Source of the DNA: the human T2T-CHM13v2.0 reference genome, Homo sapiens
Assembly (NCBI RefSeq): GCF_009914755.1
Contig: NC_060925.1
DNA length: 64,000 nt
Direction: 5' to 3' (one strand)
The notes below the pieces were generated by a model that was not told the DNA's origin, made no database searches, and saw nothing but the letters and a program-made list of their open reading frames with translations. Every line of letters starts with the position of its first letter. The first letter of the stretch is position 1. A program made the translations under genes and the position numbers. This document shows, piece after piece, positions 32,946 to 50,256 of the stretch.

Positions 32946-35504
32946 TGTGGAAGAGCCACTGATTCTAGTCAAGCCCTGTAATTCATGAAGAATCTGAGAG
33001 CCAATGAGAAGTAACTTGCCTTAGTTTACCCAGTTAGGTAGTAGTTGAGATGTGACTGAAACTACCAGGTCTTCTAAATTCTACTCACTGCTCTGTCCAG
33101 TACATACCATATTTCTGACTTCAGCTTTAGACATGGTAAAGGGAAGGTTTAGTGAGGGCAAGAGCTAGAAGAAGACTTGAAAATTAACCACACAAAAGAC
33201 CAGTTGAGGTCATGAAAGGGTATTCAGAGTAAAGGGTAGTTGAGGCCTAGAAAGAAGACTTTGAAGAGCTAGCAAAGAAGAGAGAAGAACAAATTAAAAT
33301 GGGCAAAAGGAAAATGAGAGTAATATGGCTCAAAGGACTTAAGAGAGAAGAAGACTCAATGATGAGTTCTATGAAGGGGTCAGGAAGAATGGGAACTGAA
33401 CAAATGTCATTAGATTTGGGTTTTAGAATCTTGGGAAACTGTGGTGCCTACAACTTAACCTCCTTTAAAATTTTAAGCACTTTTCTTGCCGTTTCAGCTA
33501 ATAAGGAGAAGGAATATAACAGGGTAAGCCTGAGACAGAGAATTAAAAACAAATTTACTTCCAACTCCTGCATTACCTTCTTGTGAATCCTACACAAGAA
33601 TTTGACTTTCCCAGACTCCCATATGCCCATCTATAAACTGAACAAGAAGCATACTTCTTGCCCACTTTGCCTCCTGGAGATCCTGTGAGGATAACAATGA
33701 CAAAGGATAGGAAACTGCTTTGGAAGAGAAATGCTACATAAATCAAGATATCCTTTTCTAGCTGACTTTAAGTTTTTAATTTAAGAAAAATTCTTGAAAG
33801 AGTCACAAAAAACTTTACTTTAGAGATACACTAAATGCAGGACGTGTTGACTGATAAAATAGATATTCTTCTTGGAAACAATGGAAAATACTTCAGTATC
33901 ATTTTGATTAAATCTTGCTTAATAACTGTTCATTAGACTCATATCAAATCCTGTCTTGGCTTTGTTATTTAATTTAATTTAATTTTGTAGTCATTGTTAC
34001 CCAACCACAAAAGAATTACCCCTGTGCTTAAGGCCACACAGATTTTTCAAACATTGATATATCAGCATTGGTCCTTCTGATGAAACACAAGATGAGGTTT
34101 TCCCTGCTGAGTGTCAGGCAGTCTGTCTCAAGCTGCAGGCTGAAGCCCCAGTGGAATCTAATTCCATCCTTCCAGTCCCCTTCATACGAAGAGTGGGAAA
34201 TAGTGGGAATGGAAATTAATTGTACCTGCTGGCATTATTAAAGTTATCAGTGCGTATCCCCTCTTGGGCCAGGAAGATTAAAAAGGCTGTTGTAATCAGA
34301 GCACATGATTTCTGACACACTGGATGGGCTTCCTCCCCAGGTTAGATGTAAGGAAGTGATCTGAGCTTGTTGCCTCTGGCCTGATACCACATAGCTCGGG
34401 GCTATGCAGTGTCTGCCTCATCCTCCCATCAGCCCTGGAGGAAAGCCAGGATCCTGCTCTCTGAATCAGAGATCTCTTAGTTGGAAAATCAGGCCTTCTC
34501 ACTTAAGACTAGTGTATTCTGGCTGCGCATTCCTCACAAGATGTAGTCAGGTTAGGTTAGACCTTAGAGTCACACCTTGTTCAGGTTCAACCTGAGTGAA
34601 ATAAGGAATTGAGGTGCTGCTCCCTGGTGATTCAGCTCATTTTAGCAAGTGTTTATTAAATGCTTTCCCCAAGCACCACACCAGGCCCAGACAATTCTGC
34701 CTGTACACATCCTGTGGTATTTGTTGGTTGGAGGAAAGAGGCTCTTGTAGTTTATGAATTAAAGAAAAAAAATTCCTGATCTGGGAATGAGAATCTTATC
34801 CTACGTTTCACACTGACTCACAGCCTAACTTTGACTGTGAATGCCGCCTAACTTTGTAACCTGTCTAGGACTTAGTTTTCTAATCTGTAAGATAATGGTT
34901 TGGACTAATCTCTCTAAGATTTATCTCTGAAATTCTGTAATTAAGTGAGGGAATTTCTATGAAAGTGCTTGGCAAACCATTGGGCTATTATGATAGTTCT
35001 AAGTGGAAACAGTATGTTTCCTCAATACACAGTGAATTGAGTTCTGACTCTCTGGGGCAGATAGATTTCTGACTTTCTGGGCCATGTGTTGAGAATATGA
35101 AGATGGCTGATGTGGCCCCTGATATTGAATACAGTGTCTAGTGGGAGAAATAGACATGCACATAAGCTATGATGATACAGTGTAATAATGGGTTCTTGGG
35201 TGGAGGGAAATATGAGGTGAGGTTTGCCTTATGATGTCCTTTGTATCTTAGGAAGAATGGGAGTGTAGGAGAGGGGAGCATAGGGGATTTCTGGGAGATA
35301 AAACCATTTATGCAGAAAGCAAGGAAGTATAATAGATGAAAAGCGTTCCGGAACTACAGGTGGTGTGGGTGAGGATGGCTGCACACAGGTCCCTTGTAGG
35401 GGAGTGGCAAGCGATGAGGCTGAGGAGGTGGGCAGGGCCTTGCCTGCCACATCAAAGGGCTTATACCCTGAAGCCAGTGAAGCAGAAGCCCCTGTAATGT
35501 TATT

Positions 35505-36210
35505 GTTTTAACTTCTTATTTTGAGATAATTTCAGACTTAAAGAAAGATTGCAAAGTAGTCCAGAAATTCCTCTGTACCCTTAACCCAAATTCCCCAAAT
35601 GTTAAAATCCCATCTTTCCAATATTTGGGGGCGAGATTTTTAAAAAATCTCGTATAAGCACAGTACAATGATCAAAATCAGGAAATTAACACGGAGGTAA
35701 TACTATAATCTCTCAATCTTACTGAAATTTCACTTGTTGCCTTGCTAATGTCCAATTCAAATTTCTGGTTCAGGGTTCAGTTTAGGATCACACATGATGT
35801 CGAGGTGAACTGTCATCTTAGTATCCTCTAATCTCTGACAGTTCCTCTGTCTTGCTTTGTCTTTCATGGTTTTAAAGAGTTCTGGTCAGTTATTTTGTAG
35901 AATGTTCCTCAATTTTGGTTTGTTTGGTTTCCTCATGGTTGGATTCAGTTTAAGCAATTTTGGCAAGAACACCGTAGAAGCGATGTCATATTTTTCTTAG
36001 TGCGTTATATCAGGAGGCACTTGCCGTTGATTTGTCCCCATTACTGACGGTGATAATTTTAATTACTCGGTGAGGATGGGTGTCCCCTTTGCAGTGTAAT
36101 AAATGTCTTGTGAAGATACTATGTAAATATCCTATTTCTCCTCATCTTTTGCTTACTAATTTTTAGCATGCTTGTTAACTGAAACAATCCTACTAGCGGA
36201 TTTTACCAAG
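35505..36210 (-). mobile_element. L1MC/ME 3' relic nested in an L2 relic
   Basis: TTATTTTGAGATAATTTCAGACTTAAAGAAAGATTGCAAAG..., with L2-like flanks. Confidence 0.6.
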
Positions 36211-36511
36211 AGAGTGCCATGGACAGATTTGCCTTTTAGAAAGATTACTCTGAAATGTTTGGATGTGAGAGAGATGTGAGAACAGGGAAAAAGTTACTAC
36301 AGTAGTTCATTCAAGAGCGGGGCCCTGATCTAAGGCAGTGAGAGGAGGAGTAGAGAAGACAGAAGAGCCATTTAGGCTATGTTTGGAATCAATAAGCAGG
36401 GTTTACATTTTGTGCTATAGATTTAAATGCTGGAAAAATTCTGAAATGGGGGGAAATATCACATTTTTTATAGATTAACAGGCATCTATATAACCTCTGG
36501 GTTGCTCTTCT

Positions 36512-36811
36512 TTTTTTTTTTTTTTTTTTTGAGATGGAGTTTTGCTCTTGTTGCCCAGGCTGGAGTGCAGTGCGCGATCTTGACTCACTGTAATCCCCGC
36601 CTCCCAGGTTCAAGTGATTCTCTTGCCTCAGCCTCCCGAGTAGCTGGGATTATAGTATGTGCCACCATGCCTGGCTAATTTTTGTATATTTAGTAGAGAC
36701 AGGTTTTCACTATGTTGGCCAGGCTAGTCTCGAACTCTTGACCTCAGGTGATCCACCCGCCTCGGCCTCCCAAACTGCTGAGATTACAGGCATAAGCCAC
36801 TGCACCCGGCC
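36512..36811 (-). mobile_element. AluS
   Basis: Dimer with TSD CTGGGTTGCTCTTCT. Confidence 0.9.
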
Positions 36812-39800
36812 CTGGGTTGCTCTTCTAAGAATAGCTGACTTTATTAAACATATTGTAGGTTTCATTAAATGATGTTTCACAAGGTGTTGCTTCTCCTGGA
36901 CCAAATTCCTGTTGTTCAGCTGAGAGCTATTTCTAATCTCCAGTGTGGATGTGCTCATCATTTGGTTATAGGATGTGAGCAAATGAGATGGTGTTCTGCG
37001 TAGCCCAGAGGCTGCTTCCATTAGCCCTTTCCCGAAACTTTTGCCACTTTCAGGCTTAGCAGTATCCTCTCTTGGGTTCAGAATGCCTGCTCTTTGCCCT
37101 AATACAAAACCTAGAGCTGTAGGCCATGTTCTTATGATTTGACAGTATCAGGGAAGCATTTCTTATTGACTTTTCCAGAGAAAGAGAGAAAATAAGCAAG
37201 CCGGCAACAAGACAGAGGGGAAAAGGGAAGTGGCTCAGTTCTTACTTTAAGAAACAACATGGAAGATATGTTTGTTGATTTGAGGGTGGTGAATTTTTGC
37301 ACTATAGCTTTGTGAGGGAGCTGGAAAGAGCCTTTCAGTTTTTCATGACTGGGAGTTTAATTTGGTTTATAACATTACTTAAAGATAACTTTGAAATTGG
37401 TCTAAGAACTTAGGGTTGTTCCTGACCCCAGGTCAATGGCCTACTTGACCTAGGCGAGAGGAGAAAGAGTTAAGGATAGGGAGTTGAGCTTTTTGCTCCA
37501 AAATCTATAGAGGGTACACCCCTCTTATATTCTGGAGTCTTACTGGGTTTCTGAAAATGCCCTTGTGGGTCATGAAACAATAGTCCTTTGAATATTTTTC
37601 TGCCGCTGCTGATGTGAGCTGCTTAAACTGGCAGGCAGATGATGGAAGGAATGGTTACATGTCCCAGGCGGGAGGTCATGACAGTTGGATCTGTGGTTGA
37701 CAGAAGAATTTCAACACACATTCAAATCAGCTCCTAAGATAGATTGTCTGAGTTCCCTGGGCCTGCCTCATGCCCTCCTCAAATGCATTTGACTCCTTCT
37801 GGCCCGTAATACTCACACTTCAAATGTTTGGCTTGGCGTCCACAAATCAACTCAGGGCCGGGGTAGGCGTACTGATGAGCAGTGATGCCCTCTTTGGGAG
37901 CTACCACAGCATAGGAAATGAACATTAGACCAGGAATCAGGTAACCTGGTTGGGGACCCAGGGCTCTAGATGGTTTATTTTTTTATTTTCCTTATTGGTT
38001 AAATTCCCTACCGCAGTTTTGACATTCTCTTCTGGATACTGACTGTGGTCTAGAGAAACAGCTAAGGAAGGCAAATCTGAATTAAAATCTGGTTCTTGGG
38101 AAAGAACTGAAGTTTTCAGATTTTGCAAAATTATGGAGAGTGCAGACTAGGAGAAAAAGGACAGGCATAGTTGTGACAAGGAGCTCTTTTTTCTAGTTCT
38201 GCATTCTAGAAACAGTACTGATGAGTCCAAAAATATAGAGATAAAATTTGTCTTTTTTCTTGCTTTAAAAAAGAAATGCTTCTAAATGTCTACATACTTG
38301 CCTAAGAAAATATTTCTCAACTCCTCCAGAATATTTAGGGTTAACTAAAAATTATAAAAACATACCACAGAGCTAGTCCACTCTTTATGCCTAGGGTTTA
38401 CCCAAAAGGTGTGCATGCTCTGGCTTGGAGACCCTGACCCCATCTCAACTTGCTGGTTTCAAGTCTACATATTTGGCTGCAAAGCCCTAATGCCAGGAGG
38501 AATGCGGAACTGATGAGTCCACCCCATCTACAAGCTAGAAGGACATCTTGATTAAATTAGTGTCAAGGGGGGTGGAGAGAAAGGCACAGTGACACAAAGG
38601 GTGTTTTGAGGAGCCCTGTAGCGCCTGTGGAGAATGAATGTTCTCGTTAAATATGGCCGTGACCTGCAGCTCCACACATGCCAGAGACACAGCTCAATTG
38701 TCCCCAGGATTTGGGGGGTGGGGACGATCATGGGGAGAGGACAGCCTGGCATGGAAAGGCAGGAATGCAGGAAGGCCTGTTGTTGTTTTCTTTTTGCGAT
38801 AACTACAGCAAGCAATTCTTTGATCATGGTCCTTGTGTTTGTGTTTGGAAGGGATCAAGAAGCGATTTCCTTTCCCCTGGGTGTTTGAACCTTTGCTCTG
38901 CTCCTTGCTTCTCTGGGTATTAAGGGGACTCCTGAAAGCCCCCATTGTCTTCAGCCTCTTTCCACCCCCTTCCTTGGGGCTCCCCAAGAAGATTGTTGCC
39001 TGAACTCTGTAGGGCAAGAATGAGAAGCAGTGCCCCCAAGACAGTGCCTACCCTTGTCATTTACCCACCATCCTCATCTCATTTATCCTTAAGTCCCAAG
39101 ACCAAAGCAAAGAACACATGGGCTGTTGAAGGCTTCCACAGGACTGCCCTGGTCAGTGGGAAAGCAGTAATGCTTTCTAGCTGGGTAACCCCTTGGCTGA
39201 GTTCCATCTGCACTGTGGCCAGGGTGCGTGGTGAGACATGCTTTTGCCATTTGCCCTTTGAACTGCCAACAATCCCAATGTAGCAAATGGATTTAAAGCT
39301 GATTGAGTTTTAGATTTCTTTCCTTTAACCAGAATATTCTAGCAGCTTATTTTTATAGTTCTGCTTATATGATTCTCTTTTTAACAGATGGAATCACAAC
39401 CTTTTCTGCAGTATATATCTGATGAATTTAAAAACTGATACATCAAGAATATTCTTTTGTATATGTCTTTCTTGCTGTGAAAATTTATGGCCTTTCTTCC
39501 CCCTATCTTCGCTCTGTAATTATTAGGTGCTTACTATATGCAAGGTATTGTATAAGATTAGGAGAATACAGATAAGACAAAATAGCATTGAAGGAGTTTA
39601 TGAGTTCAATTCCAACTTCACCAATTAATAGTTGTTCTCATGGACAAATTTTTTGACCTCTCTAAGCTTTAGCGTCTGTAAGTACTAAGTGCTTTTTGTG
39701 CAGAGAGATGTAGAGAGGTGAAATTTGAGCTGGGTTTTTAGTGAATGAAAATGATTTCAGTAATTAAAGATGAAAAAGTACGGAGTTTGTGAGCATGGAG

Positions 39801-42194
39801 GGGGAGCTGGAGTCAAAGGATATTCCATATGGAAGAACAGGCTTCAGGATGAAGGAGAGCACCGGAATGTGTGAGGACTCTTCAGAGGGTGGTGAGTAAA
39901 AATAGTTTGGCTAAATCAGAGTGTTAATGAGGAGAGCAGCTTGAAACAAAGCCGAAAAGAGCCTCGAATGCCAAACTTGGAGTTTGAACTTCATTCTGAG
40001 AGCACTAGGGAACGATGGAAGACCTACTCATAGGGAAATGATAAAATATTGCTGCTATTTCCGAAAGACTGGGCCTCTAATTCCAGGACAGGGTAATAAG
40101 AGCCTGAGATGTGGTAGCAGTGACAGGAGGAATGAAAAGAAGGAGACAGATGCCAGACATATCATGAAGGAGAAATGAACAGCGTATGGCCACTTATTGG
40201 AAAGAGAATTCGAAGTCAGCGATTACTTCTTTCAATTTTTTTATGCTAGTGCCACTTAGGAAAAGCCAGTGTGCTGTTACAGAATTTGAGGTGGCTGGTG
40301 AAGCTGACATTTTCACATATGTCTCAGGAACTAGATGCCCAAATCTTTCTCAGACCCCAGATGGCCCCATATAGAGCTTTTATACGTGCCAATTTTTAGA
40401 ATTTCTTGTAGAGTTCCTCCATTTGGTGGTCACCAGAGGATCTCTGAGATTAGTATCTGGATTCTTAATCATTCAGCTAATTTCAGAGATGTCCTTTATT
40501 TGAGGTAGATTTAACCTCCTTTTTCTGTTTGATGGAGTGTGGTTTTTGAAAAGTCCCTAAGGAAGTAATGTGAAACCATACTTGAAACCTCAGGCTTGCT
40601 TCTCTCTTGTTTTACCAGAATGCTTTGGTTACCACGTCCTGGGAAATGAACAACTTAAAACGTAAGTGTGGCAAGCCTTCACTATCACCAGTATCTGTTC
40701 ATTGTATCAAACAAAGCATATTTCCATTCTTATTAGGTTTCCAGAATTGCACTGGGCCTGGTGAGGGCTACAAATAAACATAAGATAATCTGTTTTCAAA
40801 ATTTAAACTTAGAGTTGTGCTTCTAGAAATGGAAGCTTTTCTAGAAGAAAATTCAGACCAATCCTTTTGCTTCATGGGAGCTGCTTTCCTTGAAGAGGCT
40901 TCTGCCATTTTAGAAAATATTACTGAGTGTCAAAAAGCTGAGCAGAGTGTTTAATAGACTTGTAGGGCTAGCAGGACAAATATGGGAATTTAAGGCCCAG
41001 GGGCCCAGGATGGGTAGCCTTGGTAAAATTCCCCAGGCTTTGAGACACCAAAGGGATACAATTAAGAAGGAAAGATAAGCCAGAAATAGACTAAGGCAGT
41101 TTCATAGAGACTGAAGCCTGGATTCAAATTATCTTAACCTCTAATTGGATTAAGGTGATTTAGGATAGCCAGTGGCTAGAAACAAATTTAAATCCTCTCT
41201 AGAGGAAGATACTGTGGAAGATACTATCATCCTAGACCTAATATATCTCTCATCATTTTTCATCATGATGTTTGGCACTCAGTTATAAATAATTAGGCCT
41301 ATGAGGAAATAAGAACTGTGACCAAAAGCTAAGAGAAACAGCTAGACCCACAGGAGATCCTAGTAATGGTGTTAACAGATGCAAACTTTAAATTAACTAT
41401 GTTTAATATGTTTATGAAATTAAATTATAAAAACAAACCTGGAAATAATAAAAAAAATTAACTCAAAATGGATCAAAGGCATAAATGCAAGAGCCAAAAC
41501 TATAAAACTCTTAGAAGAAAATATAGGTGTAAGTCTTCGTGATCTTGGATTAGGCAATGATTTCTTACATATGACACCAAAGCACAAGCGACAAAAGAAA
41601 AAATAAATAAATTGAACTTCATCAAAGTCAGAAACCTCTGTGTTTGAGAGGACACTGTCAAGAAAATGAAAAGACAGCTATAGAATGAGAAAAGGTATTT
41701 TCAAATCATATATCTCATCAAGGTCTAATTTTCAGAATATATAAAGAATTCTTAGAACTCAGCAACAAAAAGATGACCAGTCCAGTTTAAAAATGGGCAA
41801 AAGACTTGAATAGGCATTTCTCCACAGAAGTTACACAAATGGCCAACAAGCACATTTTTGACACTGTTATTTATTGGGCTACTGCAAATCAAAACCACAA
41901 TGAAACACCACTTCACACCCACTAGGATAGCTATAATTTTAAAAAGGAAGAAAGAAAAGGAAAGAAGAGTTTTGGAGAGGGTATGGAGGAATCAGAACCC
42001 TCATACATTGCTGGTAAGATTGTGAAATGGTGCAGATGCTATGGAAAACTGAAAATTCCTCCAAAACTTAAGCATAGAATTAACCTGTGACCCATCAATT
42101 CCACATCTAGGTGTATACCCAAGAGAATTGAAAACATATGCTCACACAAGAACTTATACACAAATGTTCATAACAGCATTATTCAAAATAACCA

Positions 42195-42532
<338 letters not shown>

Positions 42533-43659
42533 TTAATGAAGTGATTTATGGAACAAACTTAAAGTATGGCATACCTATACAATTTAAACAAAATGTGTCA
42601 TGTCCATACAATAGAGTAGTATTTAGTCATAAAAAAGAAGGAAGTGCTGATACATGCTACAATATGGATATACCCTGAAAACATTGTAAGTGAAAGAAGC
42701 TAAACATAAAAGGCCACATATTATATGATTCCATTTATAGTAAATGTCCAGAGTATGCAAATCTATAGAGACAGAAAGTAGATTAGTGGTTGCTAGGAGC
42801 TGGGGGAAGGAGAGATGGGGAGTGACTACTAACAGGTTTGAGTTTTCTTTTGGCATGATTAAATATTCGGGACTTAGTGGTGGTGGTTGTACAACCTTGC
42901 AAATATACTAATAGCCACTGAATTGTGTACCCTGTAGTGGTGAATTGTACAGTGTGTGAATTATATCTCAATAATTTAAAAAAATCAAACAAATTTTAGT
43001 ACAAAAAATGCAGTAACTAAAAGAGCTCAATGTGTAGATCAAGTAGCAGATTAGATGGTGCTGAATAAATAGTTAATGAACTGAAACGTCAGAAAACAAT
43101 GCATACTGAAGCTCAGAGAGATAAACAGATGGAAAATACAGAAAAGAGCATAAGAGACTTATGGGATAGGGTAAGTAGGCCTAACATGCTTCTACTTGAA
43201 GTCTCAGAAGAAGAGAACAAAGAGAATGGGATAGAAGCAATATTTGAAGAGATAATGGCTGTGAATTTCCCTAAACTATAAAAGACTTCAAGCCACAGAC
43301 TGAAGCATTATGAGCCCCAAACAGGAGAAATACAAAGAAAATACAAACAGCTAGAGGTAAAAAAGACGTATTATCTTCAGTGGAGCAACAGCATGGTTGA
43401 CAGCTGACTTCTGAACAAAAGCAATGGAAAGCAGATGACAGTGGAATGAAAGTGTAGAAAGGAATACCCTTCAAAAATGAAGGTGAACTAAAGATGTTTT
43501 CAGACAAGAAAAATATGAGAAAATATATCGCCAGCAGACTTGCACTAAAAGAAATACTAAATGGCATTATTTAGGCAGAAGGAAAATGATCCCAAATAGA
43601 ATCTTAGAAGTGCAGTAAAGAATGAGGAGCAACAGAAACTATATATAAGAATATAGATT

Positions 43660-44006
<347 letters not shown>

Positions 44007-44048
44007 TCATCTGTGGGGTTTTCCTTTTTTAGATGTGTGGGTGGGAGG

Positions 44049-44330
44049 GACAGAGTCTTGCTCTGCTGCCCAGCCTGGACTGCGGTGGCACAATTATAGC
44101 TCACTGCAGCCTTGAACTCCTGGGCTCAAATGATCCTCCCACCTCAGCGTCCCAAGTATAACAGCTGGGACAAGAGGTGTGTGCCACCATGCCTGGCTTA
44201 TTTTTTATTTTTTGTAAAGAGAGGGTCTATCTGTTGCCCAGCCTGGTCTTGAACTCCTGGCTTCAAGTGATCTTCCTGCCTTGGACTTCCAAAGTGCTGT
44301 GGTTACAGGCATGAGCCACCACACCAGGCC
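44049..44330 (-). mobile_element. AluJ
   Basis: Diverged dimer with J-type CAGCCTTGAACTCCTGGGCTCAA. Confidence 0.8.
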
Positions 44331-45039
44331 AACCCTGTGGGGTTTTAAATATGTATAAAATTAATATAAATGGCAACAATGAAATCAACAATAGAATCTG
44401 TGTCTGGGTGGGGGTAGGGAAATGGGTTTAAAGATATTTTCAGAAAGTGGTAAAAGTAGTAATTTGTATTAGGTGTTGGCAATTCAAGGATATATGTTGT
44501 AATTTTTGGTAACCACTCAAAGAATAGTATTGTACCAATCTAAGAAAGGGACAAATTCAGTTAATAAAAAAGTAACTCAAAAGAAGGAAAGAAAAATTCT
44601 GGGGAGGGCAAAACTATAGAGATACAGAACAAATCAATGGCTTCCAGTGGTTAAGGGTAGCGGAGAGTTTGACTCTAAAGGTGCAGGATACAAGAGGTTT
44701 TTGGTGGGTGATGGAACTGTTCTGTGTCTTAATTGTGGTGATGGTTAGACAACTCTGTGCATTTGCCAAAGCACATGGAACTGTATGCCAACAAGAGTGA
44801 ATTTTCTGAATGTTTTGTAAATGGAAGAAAAAAAGAAGGTAGGAAAGGAGAGGAAAGAGGAAAATAGAAGAGGCAGGACAAATAGAAAGCAATTAGCAAG
44901 TTGGTGGGTTTAAACCATAATATAAGGTGTAAATTGACTTATGCAAATTAAAGACAGATTTTTAAAAAGCAAAACTAGAGTGTATGTTGCTTGTAAGAGA
45001 ACAGATACACTTTAAATATAAGGATAAAGAAAGATTTAA

Positions 45040-45994
<955 letters not shown>

Positions 45995-46160
45995 TTAAAA
46001 TATGTAAATCAAATGGGACAGAATTAAAATGGGAACTAGATAAATCATCACCCCAATGAGAGATTTAACACACCTGTCTCAGTGAATGATTAAACAACTA
46101 GACCAAAAAAGTCAGTAAAAATACAGAAGAGTTGAAAAACAACAAACTTGACCTAAATGA

Positions 46161-46501
<341 letters not shown>

Positions 46502-48729
46502 AGATACACATTCTTTTCAAGTGTACGTGGAACATTTACAAAGTTTAAACCTGAAATGGGGAGGAAAAATCGAAGAGCTTAGGGGAGAAATTAGAGCTGG
46601 AGATTGGAAATCTCCATTTCCAAAGTCTACCTTCTTTTTCTCACAATTCCATGATTTTTCAGTAGGAGTGGGGTACTGGCCAAGAGGGAAGGTATCCTCC
46701 CCCAAGAATATTGATTTTTCTTTTTTCAACTGTATGTAGGCCATGACTAATGGGAATGGCTACCCATGTGTTTACTGTGGACAAAGACAAGAGGCTTCAA
46801 ACCACCATTGTAGCTGAAGAAAGCTGATACAGGCTCAAATCTTCATCCCAGTCCCTAGGCAATGCATTCTAATTTCTGTCAGTAAAGGGCTCTACTCATT
46901 CTCCCAAAGTTGGCTTTGTGCTCCTCTTAGGTCCAACCCTGGCACCTGAGGTGTCAAGAAAATGCTGTCTTCATAACTCACTGGAGCCTCTTCCTCTCGA
47001 TTCTAAAGGCTACTCCCAGTGTTCTAAAACTACACAGATCTCTCGATGAATTGGCTTTGCTGCTGGGTTCCTCTTTCTTAAAAGTATTTAATCAGCGATT
47101 TTCCCAGTGCCCCAGGCATTTCCTGTACGAGTGCTGCTGACTGTTTTACTTCCTACCAGGCTGCCCTCCTCCTCTTGGCATTCACACTTCCAACTTTCAG
47201 ATGAGCTCTATTAACTCCTGTTCTTCCAGCCTCCGCCTGGCTCAGCCATCTGGGAGCCACACAGGCATTCTTTCCATCCCCCAGCTCATAGATTTCCTTA
47301 TTGTAGAAGGGCATATGTTTTCAAGTACCTTATCATTCTGGCTCTTTCCCCCGATTCTCTCCCAGTTCCAAGCCATTGATTGTTTTTCCTCCTTAGTTCA
47401 TTTTACAGCTGCTGAGAGATTTGTGCTCTCGTGCTGCCTGTTTGCTTTTGTGTCTTTTGTCCCTTATGTCCCAGTCTACTCAAGGATACCCACAGTCACC
47501 TAGATACCATTTCTACTCTGTGCTTTTAGTGTCCTGCTTGGGAAATGGGGTGATCACTCATCTTCAGAATGACCTCAAGAAATGCTTTGGCATGAGAGAT
47601 CAGGGCCTGAAGACATTACGCCCCCACTCAAATCATTATCCAAAAGGGTAAAAGATGGAAATTTGCCAAGACAAAGATCACAGTGGTAGTTTAAGAAATG
47701 AAAGCTTAGATTTGATTGTCTGTTTTGTTTTAAGGGATGTTGTTTTGAGTTTATTTTCTTAGTATTAGGATAGGTCATTCAAAGAGATTGGAACAACCAT
47801 GGAAGAACATTCAGATTATTATAGGACTGTGTTTCAGACTGGGAGAGCAGAGGGCCGTTAGCCTCTTCCTGACCCCACCCTGAACTCCCCTGAACTCCCA
47901 CCCTTGTCCCGAGTATGCCTGTCCCTGACAAGAGACTTTGGTCAGGGACCAAAGTGAGCTTTGTTAGTGAGCATTCACAGAGGGTAGGAGCTGAGTCCAC
48001 AAAGTTCACATCATGCCAAGGAATGGATTTCCTCCCAGGGCCACTAGCATTACTTGTGGGTTATCAAGTGTTACTGCTCACACATTCCAGAGCTTCTGGA
48101 AAAGCCGTAAGGAAATGGCTTTCAGAAAGCCATTTCTGTCCTAGAGGAGAGAGGTCCTGGATTTCACTGAACCAGAACTTGATGGGTGGTTTTGGTATTC
48201 TGTGACCTAGGTAGTGGGGAGCTCCTTCCTTTGGATGTTTCCTTTATGCCCACAGTCGAACCATATCCTAGTTGTACAGCCAAGAAGGATCTTTTCTGTT
48301 TAATCTATCTGGAGGAATAGAAGGTAATTGTATCCTCCTTATTTTCATTCTGCCACCCCTACCTTCATCATTTCTTCCTTTCTGCTAAGCACTTTTTATC
48401 GTCTTTCTTTGTTTCGTTTTGGGAGTTTTGTTTTTTTGTTTTCTTTCCTCAGGAAAGCTGAATTATTTCTTACAGAGTCATTTAGTTCTTACTGAAACTG
48501 GGGAAGAAAAAGATTATGCAACAGCAGGCATAAGGAAAAACAGAGAACGTTCTTCCCTTCGGGCCCACAGAGCCCATTGGAGGAATTCAGCTACAATCCT
48601 GCCTGGGAAGTAGTTTCCAGGACCTTCGCAATTCCACATAGCATCTTTAACATGTTTGAGAGTACGTAAGGAGGCAGCATAGTGCGGCGGAAAGAACACT
48701 CAAGTGAGTGTTGAGGGGGCTGGATTCTA

Positions 48730-48940
48730 ATATTAATATTAGCCAACATTTATTGAACAGGCTAGGTGCTAGATTCTGTTTAAAGCACTTTATGTGGATT
48801 ATCTCACTATTCTTATTATCCTATTTTACAGATGTGGAAGCTGAAGCATAGAGGGTTTAAATATAATTTACCCAAGGTCATCAATTGGGGAGTAGAAGTA
48901 GGATTCAATTCCTGCTCCAGAGCCTGCATGTTCAGCTCTC
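48730..48940 (+). mobile_element. MIR
   Basis: AACATTTATTGAAC...CCTATTTTACAGATGTGGAAGCTGAAGCATAGAGGG...CCCAAGGTCA. Confidence 0.7.
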
Positions 48941-50256
48941 TTTTAATACTGCATGTGGTCCTTGATAGGCTACTGACCCTGGAAAAGTCATTTCAACTTT
49001 TAGGGCTCATTGGTGAACCATAACCAAAGGGAGCTCATTGTGGCTAACCTCTGATGGAGTTTCCACTTTTAATAATTTATATGATGAAACGCAGCTATAT
49101 TGTTTAGTTCTTGTCATTATGTGAAAGCATAGTATTTAAACTTTGATCTCATTGATTCAGCAACTGATTATTTTATGGCCACTGTGCACAAAGCAATGGG
49201 CTGGGTACCACAGAGGATTCAGAAAAATGCTTAAAAAGTTAAAACCTATCTCTTCCATTAGCTTTAGATGGTTTCATATTGTAGTTGCTTTGAGATTTTT
49301 TTAGACTAAGTTTTTCAGATAATTAAACAGGAATCAAATTCAAAAACTATTCATATTCCAGAAGAGGAATCCTGAAACAAGTATTGGGCCTTAGACTAGT
49401 CAAGTTTCTGACATTTTCTTTTAAAATATAACTTGTCACTAGGATAGTTTATATCCATTAACTCCTGAGTGAAGGAGCTTCTGGTGAAATTGTTTTTTAT
49501 GGTGCTTACAAGCTCAAGGGGTTCTTTAAAAATGGAATGTGACTGCTTTGGGAGTCACTAATACTGAAGCTGGATCATTATAACCTGAAATATCCATTAG
49601 TAACTTAGAAAGACAAACTCAAAGAAAAAGAATTTACTATGTAATAGCTGGATTTTTTGAAATCAGATTTTTTTTTTTTTTTTTTTGGCAAGCTAGATTC
49701 AATATCTAGCTTGCTGTGGAATTAGGTTATGGTGTGGAAACCTCTTGGCTGGGACAGGAAAAAAAATTGATCTTAAACTAAAAAAACTAACTTAAGATAT
49801 TCCATTTCTAGTAATACCTTTGAGATTGGAAGAATTGCATTCTGATGGGCCCAGACGTTAGATTAATGTCCATCTTTCTCAACAGGTTGTAAACTTTTAA
49901 ACTTTCTGTTTTGCATTCAGACCACAAGTGCCTGACACTTAATAGATGTTCTATAAATATTTGCTGATGGACTCTTTATTGCTCACTCCCTAAAATCCAG
50001 CCATTTCTCCCTTGCCAGCATTCAATAATTGAACCTGCTTTGAAACATCTGATCAGCCACTTCAAGACGGCAAGTTATTTTAGCTCCTGTCTAAATAAGT
50101 TAGTGGGCTCCAGTCCTTAAACCACTATTTTCTTTATTAATTCCTCAAGTACAGACTTTTGTATGTAACCAGTCTTTTTAAACCTGTGTATAATGACTCA
50201 TTAATGAGTTGTAAAATAAATGTAGTGAGTTATGACCAATATAAAAAAATAGAAAA

